Positions 1 through 9,463 of a DNA stretch of 34,720 nt are shown one piece after another. Both the position numbers and the translations under genes were made by a program. Position 1 is the stretch's first letter; each line of letters begins with the position of its first letter. The notes under the pieces were generated by a model, which saw only the letters and a list, made by a program, of their open reading frames with translations, had not been told where the DNA came from and searched no databases. The DNA is taken from the NCBI GenBank assembly GCA_023135855.1, contig JAGLSH010000002.1, positions 1 through 34,720 of the forward strand. The letters are read 5' to 3'. The stretch is from Candidatus Omnitrophota bacterium. Lineage in GTDB: Bacteria; Omnitrophota; Gorgyraeia; Duberdicusellales; 4484-171.

Positions 1-713
1 GAGATTTAATTTTTCCTCATCATGAGAATGAATGTGCTCAAGCTGAAAGCTTAACTGGTAAGGTTTTTGCTAATTATTGGATGCACCATGGCCTTTTAAC
101 TATCAATAGTCAAAAGATGGCTAAATCCTCGGGGAATTTTATTACTATTCAAGATGCGGTAGAAAAGTATTCTGCAGATATTTTAAAGATATTTTACTTG
201 CAAGCCCATTATTCTAGTTCAGTAGATTTTTCTGATGAAAGAATGGAGGAAGCGAAAAAGGCTTATGAGAGGATTCAGATATTTATGAATCGAATAGATT
301 CAATAAAGAAGACTAAAACAGAAAAAGATGTTCCAGGACTATCAACACAATTTAGAGATAAATTTACTGAAGCTATGGATGATGATTTTAATATGCCAAA
401 GGGTTTAGCAGTTTTATTTGACATAATTAATGCCAGTAATAAGATTTTGGATAGTGAGGATGGCGTAGAAGATAAATTGGCAGGGATTAATGATTTGGCT
501 GGTGATATTCTAGATATCTTTGGTATTGCTCTTGAATCTGCAAAAACTGCTACTGTATCGAAAAAAGATATTGAGAAGTTAATAAAGATGCGGGATGAAT
601 ATAAGCAGCAGAAGAAATACAAAAAAGCTGATGATATAAGAAAGCAATTGGAAGTTCAGGGAATAATTTTAGAGGATACAAAAGACGGTACCACCTATAG
701 GAGTAAGCTGTGA
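1..713 (+). CDS. cysS: cysteine--tRNA ligase, C-terminal part (5' end lies outside the window)
   Basis: Frame 3 is open from base 3 (DLIFPHHENECAQAE...ANYWMHHG). It is followed by KMAKSSGNF, a KMSKS-type class I signature, and a helical C-terminal tail. The TGA at 711-713 overlaps the next start (GTGA). Confidence 0.9.
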   Translation, partial: DLIFPHHENECAQAESLTGKVFANYWMHHGLLTINSQKMAKSSGNFITIQDAVEKYSADILKIFYLQAHYSSSVDFSDERMEEAKKAYERIQIFMNRIDSIKKTKTEKDVPGLSTQFRDKFTEAMDDDFNMPKGLAVLFDIINASNKILDSEDGVEDKLAGINDLAGDILDIFGIALESAKTATVSKKDIEKLIKMRDEYKQQKKYKKADDIRKQLEVQGIILEDTKDGTTYRSKL

Positions 714-1321
714 AAAAAAAAAGCTTCTTTATTTCTATTGAAGGGTTAGAAGGCAGCGGAAAGAGTAGTGTGATTAAATTTATTGAAAAGCTCTTGCGAA
801 AGAAAAAAGTTTCTTTTAAAGTATATCGGGAGCCAGGTTCAACTAAGATTGGCGAGAAGATAAGAGAAATTCTTCTTGATAATAAGAACAAAAAATTATC
901 TCCTCATACTGAGCTATTACTTTATCTTGCAGCTCGTACTCAACTTATTGAAGAAAAGTTAGAAAGAGATTTCAAGAAGTTTGATTTTATTATTTGTGAT
1001 CGTTTTTTTGATTCAACCCTTGCTTATCAAGGGTTTGCTTTAGGTTTAGGTAAGATTGTTGAAGAGTCAGTTAAAATGTTTTCATTAGGAGTAATCCCTA
1101 ACCTAACTTTAGTTCTTGATGTACTGCCAAAATTAGGTTTATCTAGACTAAAGAGTAAAGATCGTATTGAATCAAGGGCATTGAGCTTTCATAACCGATT
1201 GCGTAATGGGTACTTAGCGTTAGCAAAAAAATATCCTCGCCGGATAAAGATGATTGATGCAACTGATTCTTTACCTAAAATTTATCAGCGTGTTCAAAAG
1301 CAACTAGAGAAAGTACTTTGA
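710..1321 (+). CDS. tmk: dTMP (thymidylate) kinase
   Basis: N-terminal P-loop GLEGSGKSS. DRFFDSTLAYQG matches the thymidylate kinase DR(Y/F)xxSxxAYQ motif. Length is 203 aa. GTG start overlaps the cysS stop. Confidence 0.93.
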   Translation: MKKKSFFISIEGLEGSGKSSVIKFIEKLLRKKKVSFKVYREPGSTKIGEKIREILLDNKNKKLSPHTELLLYLAARTQLIEEKLERDFKKFDFIICDRFFDSTLAYQGFALGLGKIVEESVKMFSLGVIPNLTLVLDVLPKLGLSRLKSKDRIESRALSFHNRLRNGYLALAKKYPRRIKMIDATDSLPKIYQRVQKQLEKVL

Positions 1322-2091
1322 GAGAAGATATTCTAAATTATTTTAAAATTCTAGAGAAGAGAGAGCTTCTTGGCACATCATACCTTTTTGTTGGTGAAGA
1401 TGAAGGGACGGTTGTAGATGTTGTTAAGTTAATTAGCTGTAATGAAGAACTAAGTTTCTGTGGTCAGTGTTGGGATTGTAAGAGAATAGAAGACGGTAAC
1501 CATCCTGATCTTCATGTGATTTTACCTGAAGGCTTATCAATAAAAATTGATTCGATAAGAGAAGGTATACGTTTTTTCTCTCTAAAAAGCTTTAGGTTAA
1601 AAAAGAAGATTTTGATTATAAAGGATGCTCAAACCCTTACTCCAGCTGCGGCTAATGCATTTTTAAAAACTCTTGAGGAGCCGCCTAAGAATTCTTTTAT
1701 AGCGATTTCAACTTCTAAGTTAGAGGGCTTATTACCAACGATAATTTCACGTTGTCGAAAGATTTTTCTTCCCTTTAAGGAAAAAGAGGTCGACAGAAGT
1801 TTAGAGGATAGTGTTTTTAGCTTTTTAAAAGGTCAGGATTTACGGTTTGCTGACCGAAAGAAGTTTTCTTCTTTTCTTTGGGCCTTGATTATGGTCTTTC
1901 GAGATGGTTTAATCTCAAAAAGCGGGTGGATAAATAATCAGTTGCCTCAAGGCGGGGAACGTGAGATAATCTTAAACTCGTATGAAATAGAAGAAATAGA
2001 TAGCATTTTAAAGGATATTTTAAAGATTTACGAGGTAGCAAAGAGTATTAATATGAATTTAGCCCTTAATTTAATTCGTTTAAAACTATAA
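1318..2091 (+). CDS. holB: DNA polymerase III subunit delta' (short form)
   Basis: Zinc module CGQCWDCKRI, HPDLH, clamp-loader box FLKTLEEPP and SRC motif (IISRCRKI). TTG start overlaps the tmk stop. The tmk-holB-PSP1 order is the conserved one known from Bacillus. Confidence 0.85.
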   Translation: MREDILNYFKILEKRELLGTSYLFVGEDEGTVVDVVKLISCNEELSFCGQCWDCKRIEDGNHPDLHVILPEGLSIKIDSIREGIRFFSLKSFRLKKKILIIKDAQTLTPAAANAFLKTLEEPPKNSFIAISTSKLEGLLPTIISRCRKIFLPFKEKEVDRSLEDSVFSFLKGQDLRFADRKKFSSFLWALIMVFRDGLISKSGWINNQLPQGGEREIILNSYEIEEIDSILKDILKIYEVAKSINMNLALNLIRLKL

Positions 2092-2094
2092 ACT

Positions 2095-2889
2095 ATGAGA
2101 GTTGCTTTAGTCAGATTAAGAGAATCCGGCCAACCAATGGTCTATCAAGTTGGTGAGGATATAACTGCAGGAGACTATGTGCTTGTTGAAGCTGATCGCG
2201 GTGTTGATTATGGTGAGGTAGCCGAGATTAAGGATACACACTCTTGCTCTAAGATGGAGGCCAAAGAAAAAACCATTAAAAACATAATTCGCAAATTATC
2301 TCCCGAAGATTTGAAAAAGATAAAAAATAATGAGAAAGAAGCTAAAGATGCTATGCGCTTATGTTCCCGTAAGGTTCGCGAGTATAAGTTAGCTATGAAG
2401 TTAGTTGATAGCGAGTATTCATTCGATAAGAAGAAAATAATATTTTATTTTACTTCTGAAGGAAGAGTAGATTTTCGAGAGTTAGTTAAAGAATTAGCTA
2501 AAATATTTAAGATTCGTATTGAGATGCGTCAAATTGGTGTTCGAGATGAAGCTCGCCTTTTTGGCGGGGTTGGGTCTTGTGGACAAAAGTTGTGTTGTAT
2601 GAGGTTTTTAAAGAATTTTGAGCCAGTAAGCATGAAAATGGCTAAGGCTCAAAAATTACCTTTAAGTTCGGGAAAGATTTCAGGTATTTGTGGTCGCCTG
2701 ATGTGTTGTCTTTTTTATGAATATAAAAATTACCGCGATCTATCTAAAGGCTTACCTAAAGAAGGTCAAACTATTGAGACTGTTCAAGGTAAGGGTAAGG
2801 TTATCTCAATAAATGTTTTGAAAAGACTTGCTTATGTTGAGTTGGAAGACGGTAGGATAGAAAAAGTTTTCTTTAAAGACAATGAGTAA
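2095..2889 (+). CDS. ricT: PSP1 domain protein (YaaT/RicT-like)
   Basis: Cys-rich PSP1 signatures GSCGQKLCCMRF and GICGRLMCCLFYE. Conserved position after holB. Confidence 0.8.
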   Translation: MRVALVRLRESGQPMVYQVGEDITAGDYVLVEADRGVDYGEVAEIKDTHSCSKMEAKEKTIKNIIRKLSPEDLKKIKNNEKEAKDAMRLCSRKVREYKLAMKLVDSEYSFDKKKIIFYFTSEGRVDFRELVKELAKIFKIRIEMRQIGVRDEARLFGGVGSCGQKLCCMRFLKNFEPVSMKMAKAQKLPLSSGKISGICGRLMCCLFYEYKNYRDLSKGLPKEGQTIETVQGKGKVISINVLKRLAYVELEDGRIEKVFFKDNE

Positions 2890-4432
2890 GTTTTATCTCA
2901 CAACCCCACTTTATTATGTAAATGCTAATCCTCATATTGGCCACGCCTATACTAATATTATAGCTGATAGCATGGCTCGCTATAAACGAGCTAAGAACAA
3001 GGAAGCTTTTTTCCTTACCGGTACTGATGAACATGGCGAGAAGATAAAACAAGCTGCGGTAGCTAATAATTGTGAAGCTAAAGCTTTTGTTAATAAAGGA
3101 GCTGAGAATTTTAAAAAATTATGGACCAAATTAGATATTTCTTATGATTCTTTTATTCGTACTACTGACGATTGTCATATTAAAGTGGTTAGCGAAGTTA
3201 TAAGTACTTTGAAGGAGAAAGGAGATATTTATAAAGATAAGTATAAAGCTTTTTATTGTGTTCCTTGTGAATCTTTTTGGACTGGGCCACAGGTAAAAGA
3301 AGCAGATGGTTGTCCGGAATGTAAAAGGAAGGTAGAAGAAATTGAAGAGGAAAATTATTTTTTTAAGCTATCGAAGTATGAACAATGGCTAAAAGATTTC
3401 TTAAAGGCTAATCCTTCTTTTGTCATGCCTAAGATACGCTACAATGAAGTATTAGGTTTTTTAAATAATAATTCCTTAGAGGATCTTTGTATATCACGAC
3501 CCAAGAAAAGAGTGTCTTGGGGGATAGACTTTCCTCTGGATGATAATTATGTAGTTTATGTTTGGTTTGATGCTTTGATTAATTATATCAGCGGAGTAGG
3601 TTATTCTTTAAATAATGATAATTTTAAAAAACTATGGCCAGCAGATATTCATTTTATTGGCAAGGATATTCTAAGGCATCATACTATATTTTGGCCAATA
3701 ATGCTAAAAGCTTTAGATATTGAACCACCAAAAAGAGTATTCGCCCATGGTTGGTGGAAAAAAGATGAAAAAAAGATCTCGAAATCCAGAGGGAATATCG
3801 TTAATCCTTTAGAACTGATTAAAAATTTAAGCTTATCTTTAGCGGGTAATGAAGACGCAGCTGTAAATGGGTTTCGTTATTTTCTTCTTAGAGAAGTTCC
3901 GGTTGGCTTAGACGGAAGTTTTTCTTGGGATGCTTTAGTAAATAGAATTAACTCTGACTTAGCTAATGATTTAGGTAATTTAGTTTTTAGAACTTTGAAT
4001 ATGGTTGAGAAGTATTTAGGGTCAGAGGTTTCTTCACAGACAACCCCGCCAAAAGAGTTTGAGGGTTGTTTAGATAATTTAGCCAATAATTATACTACTC
4101 ATATGGATGGAGTTGAGTTTTCTCTAGCCTTAGAGGAGGTGTTCGCCTTTATTCGAGTAATCAATAAGTATATTGAGGATACTAAACCTTGGGTTTTATG
4201 GAAGGAGAAAAAGATAAAAGAAATAGGAGAGTTTCTTTATCAGCTTTGCGAAGGAATTCGAATAGTTGCTTTGTATCTTTATCCAATTATGCCTAAAGCT
4301 TCAGAGTCAATATATAGACAGTTAGGAGTAGAGAATAAGTCTTTTTCTTTAGCTGAAAGTTCTTGGGGTAAGGTTTTAAGTTTTTTAATAAATAAAGAAG
4401 CACCTCTTTTCCCGCGTATAGATGTTGATTGA
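2882..4432 (+). CDS. metG: methionine--tRNA ligase (516 aa, no C-terminal tRNA-binding appendix)
   Basis: HIGH motif (NPHIGHAYT), KMSKS motif (KISKSRGN) and zinc knuckles CVPCESF...CPECK. Overlaps the previous gene by 8 nt. Confidence 0.95.
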   Translation: MSKFYLTTPLYYVNANPHIGHAYTNIIADSMARYKRAKNKEAFFLTGTDEHGEKIKQAAVANNCEAKAFVNKGAENFKKLWTKLDISYDSFIRTTDDCHIKVVSEVISTLKEKGDIYKDKYKAFYCVPCESFWTGPQVKEADGCPECKRKVEEIEEENYFFKLSKYEQWLKDFLKANPSFVMPKIRYNEVLGFLNNNSLEDLCISRPKKRVSWGIDFPLDDNYVVYVWFDALINYISGVGYSLNNDNFKKLWPADIHFIGKDILRHHTIFWPIMLKALDIEPPKRVFAHGWWKKDEKKISKSRGNIVNPLELIKNLSLSLAGNEDAAVNGFRYFLLREVPVGLDGSFSWDALVNRINSDLANDLGNLVFRTLNMVEKYLGSEVSSQTTPPKEFEGCLDNLANNYTTHMDGVEFSLALEEVFAFIRVINKYIEDTKPWVLWKEKKIKEIGEFLYQLCEGIRIVALYLYPIMPKASESIYRQLGVENKSFSLAESSWGKVLSFLINKEAPLFPRIDVD

Positions 4433-5177
4433 TTCGCATTGCCACCTTAATTCACTTTCTAAGCTTACCAGAGAGGACGTAATATCGTCTTCTAAGGGTA
4501 AATGTCGTTTTATAGACTCTAGTATTGATTTAAATAGCTCTAAAGTTTCTTTAGAGACCTCAAGCCAAAATGATTTTGTTTATAGTGCTTTGGGATTTCA
4601 TCCTTTCTCAGGAAAGAGTTTTTCCCAAGAGGTAGTTAGAGAATATGAGAAGCTTCTCAATCAGAATAAAAAAATAGTAGCTATTGGAGAAATTGGTTTA
4701 GATTATAAAGCTGACTCCTCAGTTGAAATGCAAGAAGATATCTTATCGACTTTTATAAAACTAGCAAAGAATAGAGATCTGCCAATAATGATACATAATC
4801 GCTGGCAGGATGGTAAAATTTTAGATATTTTAGATAATTTTTATTCAAATTATGAAAGAATAGTATTCCATTGCTTTTCATCTGGACCAGATTTTTTAGC
4901 TAAGATCATTGAAAGAAAAGGATTTGTATCTTTTTCTCTTAACATTTTAAGAAAAAAGGAAGAAATTACTCAGTCTTTAGCAAATTGTCCAAGGAGCAAT
5001 TTACTCCTTGAGACTGATTCTCCTTATATGAGATTAAGTGGTAAGCCTTCTACACCTTTAGATATTAATAAGACTTATAAGGTAGCAGCTGAGATTAAGG
5101 GGATTAGTGAAGAGGAATTAGAAGAGGCAGTTTCTTTAAATGCGGAGAAGCTATTTCCTGAGATTTTTAGAGGATAA
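4422..5177 (+). CDS. tatD: TatD-family metal-dependent hydrolase/DNase
   Basis: N-terminal DSHCHL metal-binding motif, GEIGLDY, HCFSS and ETDSPY. Conserved position after metG. Confidence 0.88.
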   Translation: MLIDSHCHLNSLSKLTREDVISSSKGKCRFIDSSIDLNSSKVSLETSSQNDFVYSALGFHPFSGKSFSQEVVREYEKLLNQNKKIVAIGEIGLDYKADSSVEMQEDILSTFIKLAKNRDLPIMIHNRWQDGKILDILDNFYSNYERIVFHCFSSGPDFLAKIIERKGFVSFSLNILRKKEEITQSLANCPRSNLLLETDSPYMRLSGKPSTPLDINKTYKVAAEIKGISEEELEEAVSLNAEKLFPEIFRG

Positions 5178-5179
5178 AT

Positions 5180-6217
5180 ATGCGAGCAATAAAGTTTAAA
5201 AACAAACAATTATTTTATATTGATCAAACTAAACTACCCTTGAAAGAAGTTTGGAAAGAGTGCAAGGGGTTAGATAGTGGCTATAAAGCCATAAAAGAAT
5301 TACAAGTAAGAGGAGCGCCTTTAATTGGAGTTTTTGCAGCTTATTGTGTTTATATACATTTTAAAAATAAATCTTTAGCTATAAATAAATTTTTAAGTGA
5401 ATTTAGGAGAACTACAAAGCGCCTTAAGTCTTGTCGCCCGACAGCAGTTAATTTAGCTTGGGCCTTAGAAAAGGTAGAACAAGTTGTATTGAGTAACAAT
5501 AATAAGGGTAAGAGCGGTGAGCAATTAAAAGAGATAATTTTAAAGGAAGCTAAAACAATTAATCAAGAGGATGTTAAGCTTTGCGAGAATATGGCGAAAT
5601 ATGGAGTTAGACTTATAAAGAAAGGTGATAATATTCTAACCCATTGTAATGCAGGATTTTTGGCTACTTCTGGAGATGGGACAGCTATAAGTGTCATATA
5701 TAAGGCTTATGAACGTTACAAGGATATAAGAGTTTATAGCGATGAAACAAGGCCATTGTTACAGGGTTCACGGCTGAGTGCTTGGGAGCTAACTAAAAGA
5801 GGAGTTCCAACAACTGTTATTTGTGATAGTATGGCAGCGACTTTAATGGAGCAGGGAAAAATCGATAAGATTATTGTTGGGGCCGATAGAATCGCCGCTA
5901 ATGGAGATGCTGCCAATAAGATTGGTACCTATGGTCTAGCAATATTAGCTAATTATTATAAAATTCCTTTTTACATAGTGGCACCATTTAGTACATTTGA
6001 TTTGAGTTTGAAGAGTGGCAAGTTTATTCCGATTGAAGAAAGAAAAAAAGATGAAGTGAGAAAATTAGTTAACAGAATAGAAGTTGCTCCTAGAGGAGTA
6101 AAAGTTTATAATCCGGCCTTTGATGTAACTCCTAATAAGCTAATTACCGCTATAATTAGTGATAAGGGGGTAATCAATCCACCGTTTAAGAAGAGTATAA
6201 AGAAAATTTTAAAGTAA
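5180..6217 (+). CDS. mtnA: S-methyl-5-thioribose-1-phosphate isomerase (eIF-2B alpha/beta/delta-like family)
   Basis: N-terminal IDQTKLPLKE, RGAPLIGV, RPTAVNL, THCNAG and VGADRIAANGDAANKIGTY. Length is 345 aa. Confidence 0.82.
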   Translation: MRAIKFKNKQLFYIDQTKLPLKEVWKECKGLDSGYKAIKELQVRGAPLIGVFAAYCVYIHFKNKSLAINKFLSEFRRTTKRLKSCRPTAVNLAWALEKVEQVVLSNNNKGKSGEQLKEIILKEAKTINQEDVKLCENMAKYGVRLIKKGDNILTHCNAGFLATSGDGTAISVIYKAYERYKDIRVYSDETRPLLQGSRLSAWELTKRGVPTTVICDSMAATLMEQGKIDKIIVGADRIAANGDAANKIGTYGLAILANYYKIPFYIVAPFSTFDLSLKSGKFIPIEERKKDEVRKLVNRIEVAPRGVKVYNPAFDVTPNKLITAIISDKGVINPPFKKSIKKILK

Positions 6218-6219
6218 CT

Positions 6220-6705
6220 ATGGAAATTATTGTAAAGTCACCAAAAGAGTGTTCCAAAGAGGAAATAAATGAATTTATAAAATTGGTTAGCGAAGGTGGT
6301 GAAGTAGACATAAGGGGGCTAGAGGAGAGAGTCCAAAGAGCAAGGAATCTTTTTTTTCTTAAAAATCCGCATCTTGTAGCGATTAGCGCAATTAAACGTT
6401 TTTATCAGCAATATAAAAATAGTATTTTTGAAAAAGCTGGCTGTAGCGATATTGCAAATGATTACAAGTTCGAAATGGGTTGGATGTATACAAAACCAAT
6501 ATCGCGAAGAAAAGGGTTTAGTCGAGATTTGCTTGAAGTCATGTTGAACCAACTTAAAGGTATAAGTTGCTATACAATAGTAGGTTCTGAGAATCACATT
6601 ATGCAGCATATGCTAGAAAGTCATGGTTTTAATAAAGTTGGCAAGGAGTACTCTAGCAGTAATAATATTAGTAATAAAATAAATCTTTATATAAAACCGA
6701 ATTAA
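6220..6705 (+). CDS. hypothetical protein, GNAT-like acetyltransferase fold (weak)
   Basis: 161-aa ORF with a clean frame. RRKGFSRDLLEVML resembles GNAT motif A (R-x-x-G-x-G/A variant). No stronger motif was recognised. Confidence 0.5.
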   Translation: MEIIVKSPKECSKEEINEFIKLVSEGGEVDIRGLEERVQRARNLFFLKNPHLVAISAIKRFYQQYKNSIFEKAGCSDIANDYKFEMGWMYTKPISRRKGFSRDLLEVMLNQLKGISCYTIVGSENHIMQHMLESHGFNKVGKEYSSSNNISNKINLYIKPN

Positions 6706-6723
6706 ATAAAATAAAAGAGAATT

Positions 6724-7041
6724 ATGGGAGAAGAAGTAAAATCGGAAAATCTAAATAATTTAGTAAATTATCAAGATGCCTCAGTTGTAAGTAGAACTTT
6801 AATTAAGAAAGAAACCGGAACTGTAACTTTATTTGCTTTTAGTAAGAGCCAAGCTTTAAGTGAGCATACTGCTCCCTTTGACGCTATGGTTCATGTTCTT
6901 GAAGGTAAGTCAGAAATTACAATTTCCGGTAAGCCGCAGACCGTAGAAGCTGGTGAGATAATTATTTTGCCGGCAAATAAGCCTCATGCTTTGCGGGCCA
7001 TAGAGAATTTCAAGATGTTACTAATAATGATTCGTTCTTAA
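6724..7041 (+). CDS. small single-domain cupin protein
   Basis: 105 aa. Two-His cupin motifs are visible (LSEHTAPFDAMVHVLEG ... ILPANKPHAL). RBS-like AAGAGA lies upstream. Confidence 0.72.
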   Translation: MGEEVKSENLNNLVNYQDASVVSRTLIKKETGTVTLFAFSKSQALSEHTAPFDAMVHVLEGKSEITISGKPQTVEAGEIIILPANKPHALRAIENFKMLLIMIRS

Positions 7042-7057
7042 GTGAATAAGATTATCA

Positions 7058-7912
7058 ATGAATGAATTAGCTTGGATAGATTATTTAAGAGGGAAGGTAA
7101 AACCAGCTAAAGATTTGTTAGTCGGGATTGGTGATGATTGTGCTGTGATTAAGGCTGGAAATCAAAAATTGCTTCTAAAAAGTGATTTATTCATTGATCA
7201 GGTTCACTTTAGCCGAGGAAAAATAAGTTTTGAGAATATAGGTAAGAGAGCTGTAGCCAGAGTTTTGTCTGACTTTGCAGCTTGTGGAGGAAAGCCTAAA
7301 TTTATTGGAGTGTCTTTAGGCGCGCCTAAGGGCTTAGGTGAAAAATATTTAAAGCAAATATTAAATGGTATTTTAAAATCATCTAAACAATATAAGTTTT
7401 CATTAGTTGGTGGAGATACTTCAAATTCAAAGCAGTTGATTTTAGATGTTTGGGGAGTAGGCAGTTGTAAGAAACCTATTCTTAGGTCTGGCGCTAAAAT
7501 AGGAGATTATATTTTTATAACTTCTAAATTAGGTCAGAGACCTTTTAATCAACCTTTTACCCCAAGATTAGAAGAATCCCAATATCTAGTTAAGGGTTTT
7601 AAAGTCAATTCAATGATAGACATTAGTGATGGTTTTATTCTTGATTTATATCGGATATTAAAATTAAGTAAAAAAGGTGCTATTTTAGATAAGAAGAGTA
7701 TTCCTACTACTAAAGGAGCAGGAGATTTTTATCGTGGTGAAGATTATGAGCTTATTTTTACTATTGACAGAGGAGAGACAGAGAAAAATATTAATTGTCT
7801 AAAGAAGAAATTTCATTGCGTTGGTAAAGTTTCCTCTGTGGCTGCAGGCTATAAATTTAGAGATAATAATAAAATATCTAAGATAGAAGTCAAGGGATAT
7901 ACCCATTCATAA
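7058..7912 (+). CDS. thiL: thiamine-monophosphate kinase
   Basis: IGDDCAVI near the N-terminus, LVGGDTS, and DISDGF in the C-terminal half (AIR-synthase-related fold). Confidence 0.85.
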   Translation: MNELAWIDYLRGKVKPAKDLLVGIGDDCAVIKAGNQKLLLKSDLFIDQVHFSRGKISFENIGKRAVARVLSDFAACGGKPKFIGVSLGAPKGLGEKYLKQILNGILKSSKQYKFSLVGGDTSNSKQLILDVWGVGSCKKPILRSGAKIGDYIFITSKLGQRPFNQPFTPRLEESQYLVKGFKVNSMIDISDGFILDLYRILKLSKKGAILDKKSIPTTKGAGDFYRGEDYELIFTIDRGETEKNINCLKKKFHCVGKVSSVAAGYKFRDNNKISKIEVKGYTHS

Positions 7913-7919
7913 GAGTTAT

Positions 7920-8390
7920 ATGTTAAAAATAAAAAGTATCTCAGCTAAACAAACTATTAATTTCGGTAAGCTATTTTCTAAGGCCTTAGGAGGCGGAGAT
8001 GTAATCATATTAGAAGGGGCTTTAGGTGGAGGGAAGACTACTTTTACTAAAGGCGTATTAGCCGGCCTAGGTTATAAAAAAAGAGTCTTAAGCCCCTCGT
8101 TTACCTTGCTTAGGCAATATGATTTGAAGAATTTATCGATTCATCATCTTGACTTATATCGTCTAGAGTCTACTGATATGTTTGACTTAGCTATCGATGA
8201 TTTTCTTTATTCGAAAGATATAATAACTTTTGTTGAATGGGGGAATAAGATCAGTAGTGAATTAGATAAATATATAAGAATAGAATTTATATTCTCTGGT
8301 GAAAATATCCGTAATATGAAATTTTCTATTAAAGGATATCCAAAGAGTAAATTAATAACTTTAGAAAAAATTTATAAAAAATATGTCTAA
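7920..8390 (+). CDS. tsaE: tRNA t6A37 biosynthesis ATPase TsaE
   Basis: P-loop GALGGGKTTFTKG, SPSFTL, HLDLYRL and VEW motifs. Confidence 0.9.
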   Translation: MLKIKSISAKQTINFGKLFSKALGGGDVIILEGALGGGKTTFTKGVLAGLGYKKRVLSPSFTLLRQYDLKNLSIHHLDLYRLESTDMFDLAIDDFLYSKDIITFVEWGNKISSELDKYIRIEFIFSGENIRNMKFSIKGYPKSKLITLEKIYKKYV

Positions 8391-9063
8391 AAAAGTAAAT
8401 TATTTAGCAGTTGATGCCACTAGTGCTAATTTTTCTCTTTACATAAAGTACGATAAGGATAAAGAGATTAATATAAATCGCAAGTTGAAGTTTGGCGCTT
8501 CTCAACTTATTAATTATATTGATAAGAGTTTTAGAGGAGCAAAAATAGATTTATCAGACATTGATGTTCTTGTAATTGGTTCCGGACCAGGTTCATTCAC
8601 TGGTTTGAGAATATCCTTTAGCGTTATTAAGGCTTTTATGATCGCTAAGAGAAAACCAGTAATTATGGTTCCCTCATTTTATTCTTGCGCTTACCCCCTA
8701 AGAAGTAAATCTATTGATTTAGCTGTTATCTCTGATGCTAGGCGGGGTTTAATTTATCTCAGTTGTTTTAGGACTAAGGATGGGGATTTAATAAAACAAG
8801 GCAAGGAGAAGCTAGCTAGATTAGATCAGCTTATCGGAATTGATAAGAAGTATCTTTTAATTACTTATGATTCTCATTTAAGAGATAAGATTTTAAGTTT
8901 AAATCCTAGGTTAAATATTTACTCTAAGGATGTTTTTCCTAAGGCAAAATATCTTATGCCTTTGGCAGAATTGTATTATAATAAGAGTAAGTTTACATCT
9001 ATTGATAAACTTAAGCCGTTGTATTTGCATCCTAAAACTTGTCAAATAAGAGGAAAGTTGTAA
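8383..9063 (+). CDS. tsaB: tRNA t6A37 biosynthesis protein TsaB
   Basis: GPGSFTGLRI signature. Overlaps tsaE by 8 nt. Length is 226 aa. Confidence 0.85.
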   Translation: MSKKVNYLAVDATSANFSLYIKYDKDKEININRKLKFGASQLINYIDKSFRGAKIDLSDIDVLVIGSGPGSFTGLRISFSVIKAFMIAKRKPVIMVPSFYSCAYPLRSKSIDLAVISDARRGLIYLSCFRTKDGDLIKQGKEKLARLDQLIGIDKKYLLITYDSHLRDKILSLNPRLNIYSKDVFPKAKYLMPLAELYYNKSKFTSIDKLKPLYLHPKTCQIRGKL

Positions 9064-9088
9064 GTTTTAAGTAATAAGTTATAAGTTA
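9061..9088 (+). repeat. four tandem heptamers TAAGTTT/TAAGTAA/TAAGTTA/TAAGTTA
   Basis: Read directly from the sequence. The array starts on the tsaB stop codon and ends 9 nt before the four-helix-bundle ATG. Confidence 0.8.
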
Positions 9089-9097
9089 AGAATAATT

Positions 9098-9463
9098 ATG
9101 CAAGATTTTAGAAGACTTGATATATACAAAAGAGCTATTGATTACTGTGTAGAGGTTTATAAATTCTCCACGAAGTTACCAATGAGCGAACAATATGGCC
9201 TTGTTTCTCAGATACGAAGAGCGGTTACGTCTATACCTTTAAATATATCTGAGGGAGCTGGTACCAATTCAAATAAGGAATTTTATTTATTCATAACTTA
9301 TTCGTATCGTTCAGTCAATGAAGTTTTAGCATGTTTAGAGTTAATCAAGAAATTAAGTTTATCTAAAGAAGAAAATAAAGTAGAAAGTTTAGAAAGGGAA
9401 GGCGTGGAACTTAGCCGTATGGTTTATACATTTTCCAAGAAACTTAAAACTAAAGACTTATAA
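9098..9463 (+). CDS. four-helix-bundle protein (23S rRNA intervening-sequence protein / Avd-like family)
   Basis: 121 aa with the family hallmarks: F..LDIYK.A start, P..E.YGLVSQIRRA..SIPLNISEG, and a KEF..F motif. No Shine-Dalgarno upstream. Confidence 0.8.
   Translation: MQDFRRLDIYKRAIDYCVEVYKFSTKLPMSEQYGLVSQIRRAVTSIPLNISEGAGTNSNKEFYLFITYSYRSVNEVLACLELIKKLSLSKEENKVESLEREGVELSRMVYTFSKKLKTKDL

Noticed and set aside
713-722. I considered whether the A10 homopolymer at the start of tmk (and A9 at the start of argG, 24333-24341) is a phase-variation or slippage tract.
   Set aside because: Both simply encode Lys-Lys-Lys N-termini in essential housekeeping genes of an AT-rich genome. The context does not suggest contingency loci.
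6220-7041. I considered whether the GNAT-like plus cupin pair is a GNAT-type toxin-antitoxin module.
   Set aside because: Known GNAT toxins are preceded by a small RHH/DUF1778 antitoxin. Here the upstream gene is mtnA and the downstream partner is a cupin with no DNA-binding motif. The GNAT assignment itself is also weak.
9098-9463. I considered whether the four-helix-bundle protein is the Avd component of a diversity-generating retroelement.
   Set aside because: There is no reverse transcriptase ORF and no template/variable repeat pair anywhere in the window. The neighbours are housekeeping genes.
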